DNA of 64,000 nt from Malacoraja senta (taxonomy: Eukaryota). The DNA lies in assembly GCA_038087875.1 (NCBI GenBank), contig CM075987.1, forward strand, positions 25,918,001 through 25,982,000, read 5' to 3'. A model generated the notes under the pieces. It saw nothing but the letters and a program-made list of their open reading frames with translations. It was not told the origin of the DNA and made no database searches. Numbering within the stretch: position 1 is the stretch's first letter; each line of letters opens with the position of its first letter. A program made the translations under genes and the position numbers. Below, one piece after another: positions 59,067-64,000 of this stretch.

Positions 59067-61719
59067 ATAGGATAGTGTCAGTGCACGGAGTGGACTCGGT
59101 GGGCCGAAGGGCCTGTTTCAGAGTTGCACCTCTAAAGTTAAATCTAAAGAGAGTACTTAAAAAAAAAAAATGTTTGCATTCACGCCTGCAATTGGAAATT
59201 AAAATGGATGAAGGATTCTCTGAATTAAGGTGCTACTTTCTTGCAGTTTTAAAGTTCGGTCCCGTGGGCTGGAATCAATCTTTGAGATCATTTAAAGCTA
59301 ATTCCTACTTTGAATGCTCGGAGACATCAGTAATAGAAAAAGTATATCACCTTATTCTTGACAAGATTCAAATTAAGGTGCAAGGGAATATATGTGCAGG
59401 ATTCCCGATTCGGTGCCTAAGAGCACCTAATGACAAATTTGGATTCACGAGCCAGACATATTTTAAATTAAAAATAAATATATATAATTTCTTCAAAAGC
59501 CGTGTCACATTGCAAATGAATAATTAATTAATCCAGAATGGACAAGAAGGATTCGGCTTTCAAGATGGAAGTCGCAAACTTTGCAAGACCCGTGGCTGTT
59601 TTTTTTTTCAGAGATACAGCATGGACACAGGCCCTTCGGCCAACCAAGTCCGAACTGACCAGCGATCCCCAAATACTTGCACTATCCTACACACACACAC
59701 TAGGGACAATTTTACATTTATACCAAGCCAATGCTGGTGACTGTGTGCTGGAGTACCTCGACGGGTCAGGCAGCATCTCTGGACAGAAGGAATAGGTGAT
59801 GTTTTGGGAACCTGAAAAACCCCACGCGGTCACAGGGACAACGTGCAAACTCCGTACAGACAGCACCCGTAGTCAAGATCGACCCCGGGTCCCTGGCGCC
59901 GTGAGGCAGCAACTCTACCGCTGCGCCACCGTGCCGCACAAAACATACCCTAAAGACACACCAGCTTGATCAGTGCAACTGAGCCTCATCTAGGACCCAT
60001 TTGTATTCAACCTTACTTCAGTGAAAATGAAATAAGAGGGGATGGGGAAGGAATTCTGTAACTTTTGCCTTTCATCTCAATTGAGCAGATGAAAGGAAAA
60101 TGTGTGGGAAGGAACTGTAGATGCTGGTTTACATTGAAGATAGACACAAAGTGCTGGAGTAACTCAGTTGGACAGGCAGCATCTCTGGAGAGAAGGAATG
60201 GGTGATGTTTCGGGTCGAGACCCTTCGTCAGACTGAAGAAGTAGGTGACGTTTCGGGTCGAGACCCTTCTTCAAATTGAAGAAGGGTCTCGACCCGAAAC
60301 GTCACCCATTCCTTCTCTTCAAAGATGCTGCCTGTCCCGCTGAGTTACTCCAGCATGTTGTGTCTATCTTCAAGAGGTGGAAGACACTTAATTTTGTCAG
60401 ATTCACAGTCTTGGTATGAATCAAATCCAGAATCAGCCAGCGATGGGCTTGGTGTGTCAAGAATGATCAATGTCTGTTTAAACGGTGGGCGGAAGATCAG
60501 GCAAGCACAGAGCTTCTGATGTACTATTGAAAATAAAAGAGCGAGGGACACATACAAAGCATCAGGAAGGTGACCCATCCCACTAAATTAGTTTGTATAA
60601 CCCAGGCATGAAGCAGTCATGTTACCAGCATGCCAGTGTCACTTGTTGCGAATACCAAGGAGCTTCGTGACAGCATTAGACAAAGAAGATAGACACAAAA
60701 TGCTGGAGTAACTCAGCGGGACAGGCAGCATCTCTGGAGAGAAGGAATGGGTGACGAAAGATCTGAAGAAGGGTCTCGACCTGAAATGTCACCCACTCCT
60801 TGAGATGCTGGTTTAAATCGAAGATAGACACAAAATGCTGGAGTAACTTAGCAGGACAGGCAGCGTATCTGGAGAGAAGGAATGGGTGACGTTTCGGTTC
60901 GAGACCCTTCCTGAGACTGAGCTCAGTCTGAAATTACTCCAGCATTCTGTGTCTGTCTTCTCTTGTGTTCCTTTTGTACAAGACAAAGACAAGAAGGGTC
61001 TCGACCCGAAACGTCACCTATTCCTTCTCTCCGGAGATGCTGCCTGTCCCGCTGAGTTACTCCAGCCTTTTGCGACAGGTTGCGTGTTGATGGTGACTGA
61101 GTGAATGGACGGTCAATCAGTGGAGACTGTCAGTGGTGATACACTACTAGGGTTGAATGAGCTGCCATCTTGAGCAACATTGTCCAGATGATAACGGGGT
61201 GATATTTGAATTATTTATTGTGCCGCTCGCTACCCAGGGGAACAGATCAAGGTGCCAGGGGTGTGTGAAATGGGATTGGGAAGTGGGGGAGTGGAGCAAA
61301 GCTTCCTCTACTGACTGTTCCAGCTCAAGGAACCAATTTATTTGGCAGAAAGTTGGCTACGTTTGGAAGAGCCTGTCTGGGTTGACAGGTGCCTGAGGTG
61401 ATTCATGATGAGCTTGGAAGCAATTAAGATTTCTAAGATTTCTAATTTCTAAGAATTAAGGTCCGAAGAAGTGTCCCGAAATTCACCCAGTCCTTCTTTC
61501 CTGAGATGCTGCCTGTCCCGCTTGAGTTACTCCAGCTTTTTGTGTCTATCTTTGGTTTAAACCAGCATCTGCAGTTCCTTCCTACACATTAAGATTTAGG
61601 AGTTGGGATTTGCTTGAGGAAGTTGCCAAACCTCAGCTCTTCAAAGGGACATCTGCCTTTCTTTGTAAGATAACAATCAACAAAGAAACAATCTTCTGTG
61701 CAGTGATCCCACAAGACCT

Positions 61720-62305
61720 TATGTGTAGGAAGGAACTGCAGATGCTGGTTCAAACCGAAGATAGACGAAAAGAGCTGGAGTAACTCAGCGGGACAGGCAG
61801 CATCTCGGGAGAAAAGGAATAGGTGATGTTTCGGGTCGAGACCCTTCTTCAGACTGAGAGTCAGAGGAATGGGAAATGAGATATATAGACGGTGATGTAG
61901 CGAGATATAGAACAAATGAATGAAAAATATGCAAAAAAGTAGCAAAGATAAAGGAAACAGGTGAAGCAAGGTGACAACGAGAAGCTGGTGTGACTTGGGT
62001 GGGGGGAGGGACGGAGAGAGGGAATGCAGGGGTTACTTGAAGTTAGAGAAATCAATATTCATACCGCTTGGCTGTAAGCTGCCCAAGCGAAATATGAGGT
62101 ACTGTTCCTCCAATTTGTGCTGGGTCTCACTCGGACAATGGAGGAGGCCCAGGACAGAAAGGTCAGTGTGGGAATGGGAAGGGGAATTAAAGTGTTTAGT
62201 AACCGGGAGATCAGGTCGGTCCAGGCGGACTGAGCGAAGGTGTTCAGCGAAATAATCACGCCGTCTATGATTGGTCTCGCCGATGTATAAGAGTCCACAT
62301 CTTGA
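61720..62305 (-). mobile_element. Penelope-like element 3' part
   Basis: Reverse-complement homologue of about 56580-57032. Confidence 0.85.
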
Positions 62306-62970
62306 ACATGTGGAGAGGATGTTTCCACTAGTGGGAGAGTCTAGGACTAAAGGTCATAGCCTCAGAATTAAAGGACGTTCTTTTAGGAAGGAGATGAGGA
62401 GGAATTTCTTCAGTCAGACAGTGGTGAATCTGTGGAATTATTTGCCACAGAAGGCTGTGGAGGCCAAGTCAGTGGTGGCGCAGCGGTAGAGTTGCTGCCT
62501 TACAGCGAATGCAGCGCCGGAGACCCGGGTTCGATCCCGACTACGGGTTCTGTCCGTATGGAGTTTGTACGTTCTCCCCGTGACCCGCGTGGATTTTCTG
62601 CGAGATCTTCGGGTTCCTCCCACACTCCAAAGACTTACAGGTTTGTAGGTTAATTGGCTTGGTAAATGTAAAAATTGTCCCTCGTGGATGTTGGATGGTG
62701 CCAATGTGCGGGGATTGCTGGTCGGCGCGGACCCGGTGGGTTGAAGGGCCTGTTTCCACGCTGTATCTCTAAACTAAGCTAAACAGTGGATATTTTTAAG
62801 GCAGAGATAGATAGATTCTTGATTAGTACTGGTGTCAGGGGTTACGGGGAGAAGGCAGGAGAATGGGGTTAGAAGGGAGAGATAGATCAGCCATGATTGA
62901 ATGGCAGAGTAGAATTGATGGGCCAAATGGCCTAATTCTGCTCCTATCACTTATGATCTTATGATCTTGA
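62306..62970 (+). mobile_element. CR1 3' end interrupted by an HE1-type SINE (about 62475-62784)
   Basis: CR1 ORF2 C-terminus; cagtgg duplicated around the SINE. Confidence 0.85.
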
Positions 62971-64000
62971 ACAACGGATACAGAAAGGCTCGGCAGGCAC
63001 GGACAGTCCAACAGCACCATCTCTTGTCAGCTTCACAAAGATGCCCTTGTGTCACTTGAAATAAATGCAGTGACCTGATTGTTGTGCAGTGAGAAAGATT
63101 GCCAGCGAACTTAAATGGATTCGGGTGAAGCAAGTATTCGTGGGATTTTGAAAGAAAAAGTGACCTCGTCATTCTGAAGGTAAACACAAAACATTGGGGA
63201 AACTCAGCGGGACAGGCAGCATCTCTGGAGAAAAGGAGTGGGTGACGTTTCGGGTCGCGACCCTTCCTCACTCTGAGAGGCAGGCGAGAGGTGCATTAAG
63301 AGATATGGAAGGTTAAGGTGTGAAAATGACAGATCAAAACAGAAAACGGTAAAAGGAAATGCAGAATAGTTCATTGTTAGCAGAGGGGAAGGTGTGCGAT
63401 CAGTAATAGGACGGTAGATCTAGTCGGAGAACTAGGGTGGGGGAGGGATGGAGAAAGAGGGGAAAACGAGGGTTACTTGAATTTAAAGAAATTTAACATT
63501 ATTCTATTGTGAGTAGACAAAAATGCTGGAGAAACTCAGCGGGTGAGGCTGAAGAAGGGTTTCGGCCCGAAAAGTTGCCCATTTCCTTCGCTCCATAGAT
63601 GCTGCCTCACCCGCTGAGTTTCTCCAGCATTTTTGTCTACCTTTGATTTTCCAGCATCTGCAGTTCCTTCTCAAACATCATTCTATTGTGAAATGCCTCT
63701 GGACTTTAGCCCATTCCGAAATGATTATTGAACATGGTAATTACCTATGTGTAGGAAGGAACTGCAGATGCAGGCTTCAACCGAAGATGGACACAAAATG
63801 CTGGAGTAACTCAGCGGGACAGGCAGCATCTCTGGGGAGAAGGAATGGGTGACGTTTCGGGTCGAGGCAAAAAGGGTTTTGCCCCGAACCGTCACCCAAT
63901 CCTTCTCTCCAGAGACGCTGCCTGTCCCGCTGAGTTACTCCAGTATCTTGTGTCTATCTTCAGGGTAATTAACTAAACAGAATGGGATATTTGGATTCCA

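Noticed and set aside
58964..59527. 187-aa ORF
   Set aside because: Starts in SINE sequence, crosses a poly-A run and has no recognisable motif

Overview
Repeat-dense vertebrate genomic DNA. The repeat set (HE1/V-type tRNA SINEs, CR1, Rex/Babar, RTE, Penelope, DIRS) points to a cartilaginous fish, probably a skate or ray (inference). A 200-N scaffold gap lies at 139-338. No host protein-coding gene can be identified with confidence; a few minus-strand candidate exons, including two microexons, are flagged at low confidence. Main structures: (1) two near full-length but disabled DIRS tyrosine-recombinase retrotransposons in divergent orientation (28156-32991 minus, 39996-44788 plus), with ITR/ICR architecture, integration at an ATT core, and splice sites that would fuse Gag to the recombinase; (2) a 141-bp retroposon (9975-10115, minus) whose 5' end folds as a minimal HDV/CPEB3-like ribozyme; (3) roughly 30 Penelope-derived fragments with a minimal hammerhead motif; (4) a GC-rich retroposon family with swapped LINE tails and CTCF-like motifs; (5) a Gypsy-type LTR with a tRNA-Trp PBS, Harbinger-like and hAT MITEs, minisatellites and several nested insertions. 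Bases 1-138 are an exact copy of 51236-51373. Family names are from recalled motifs, not database searches.
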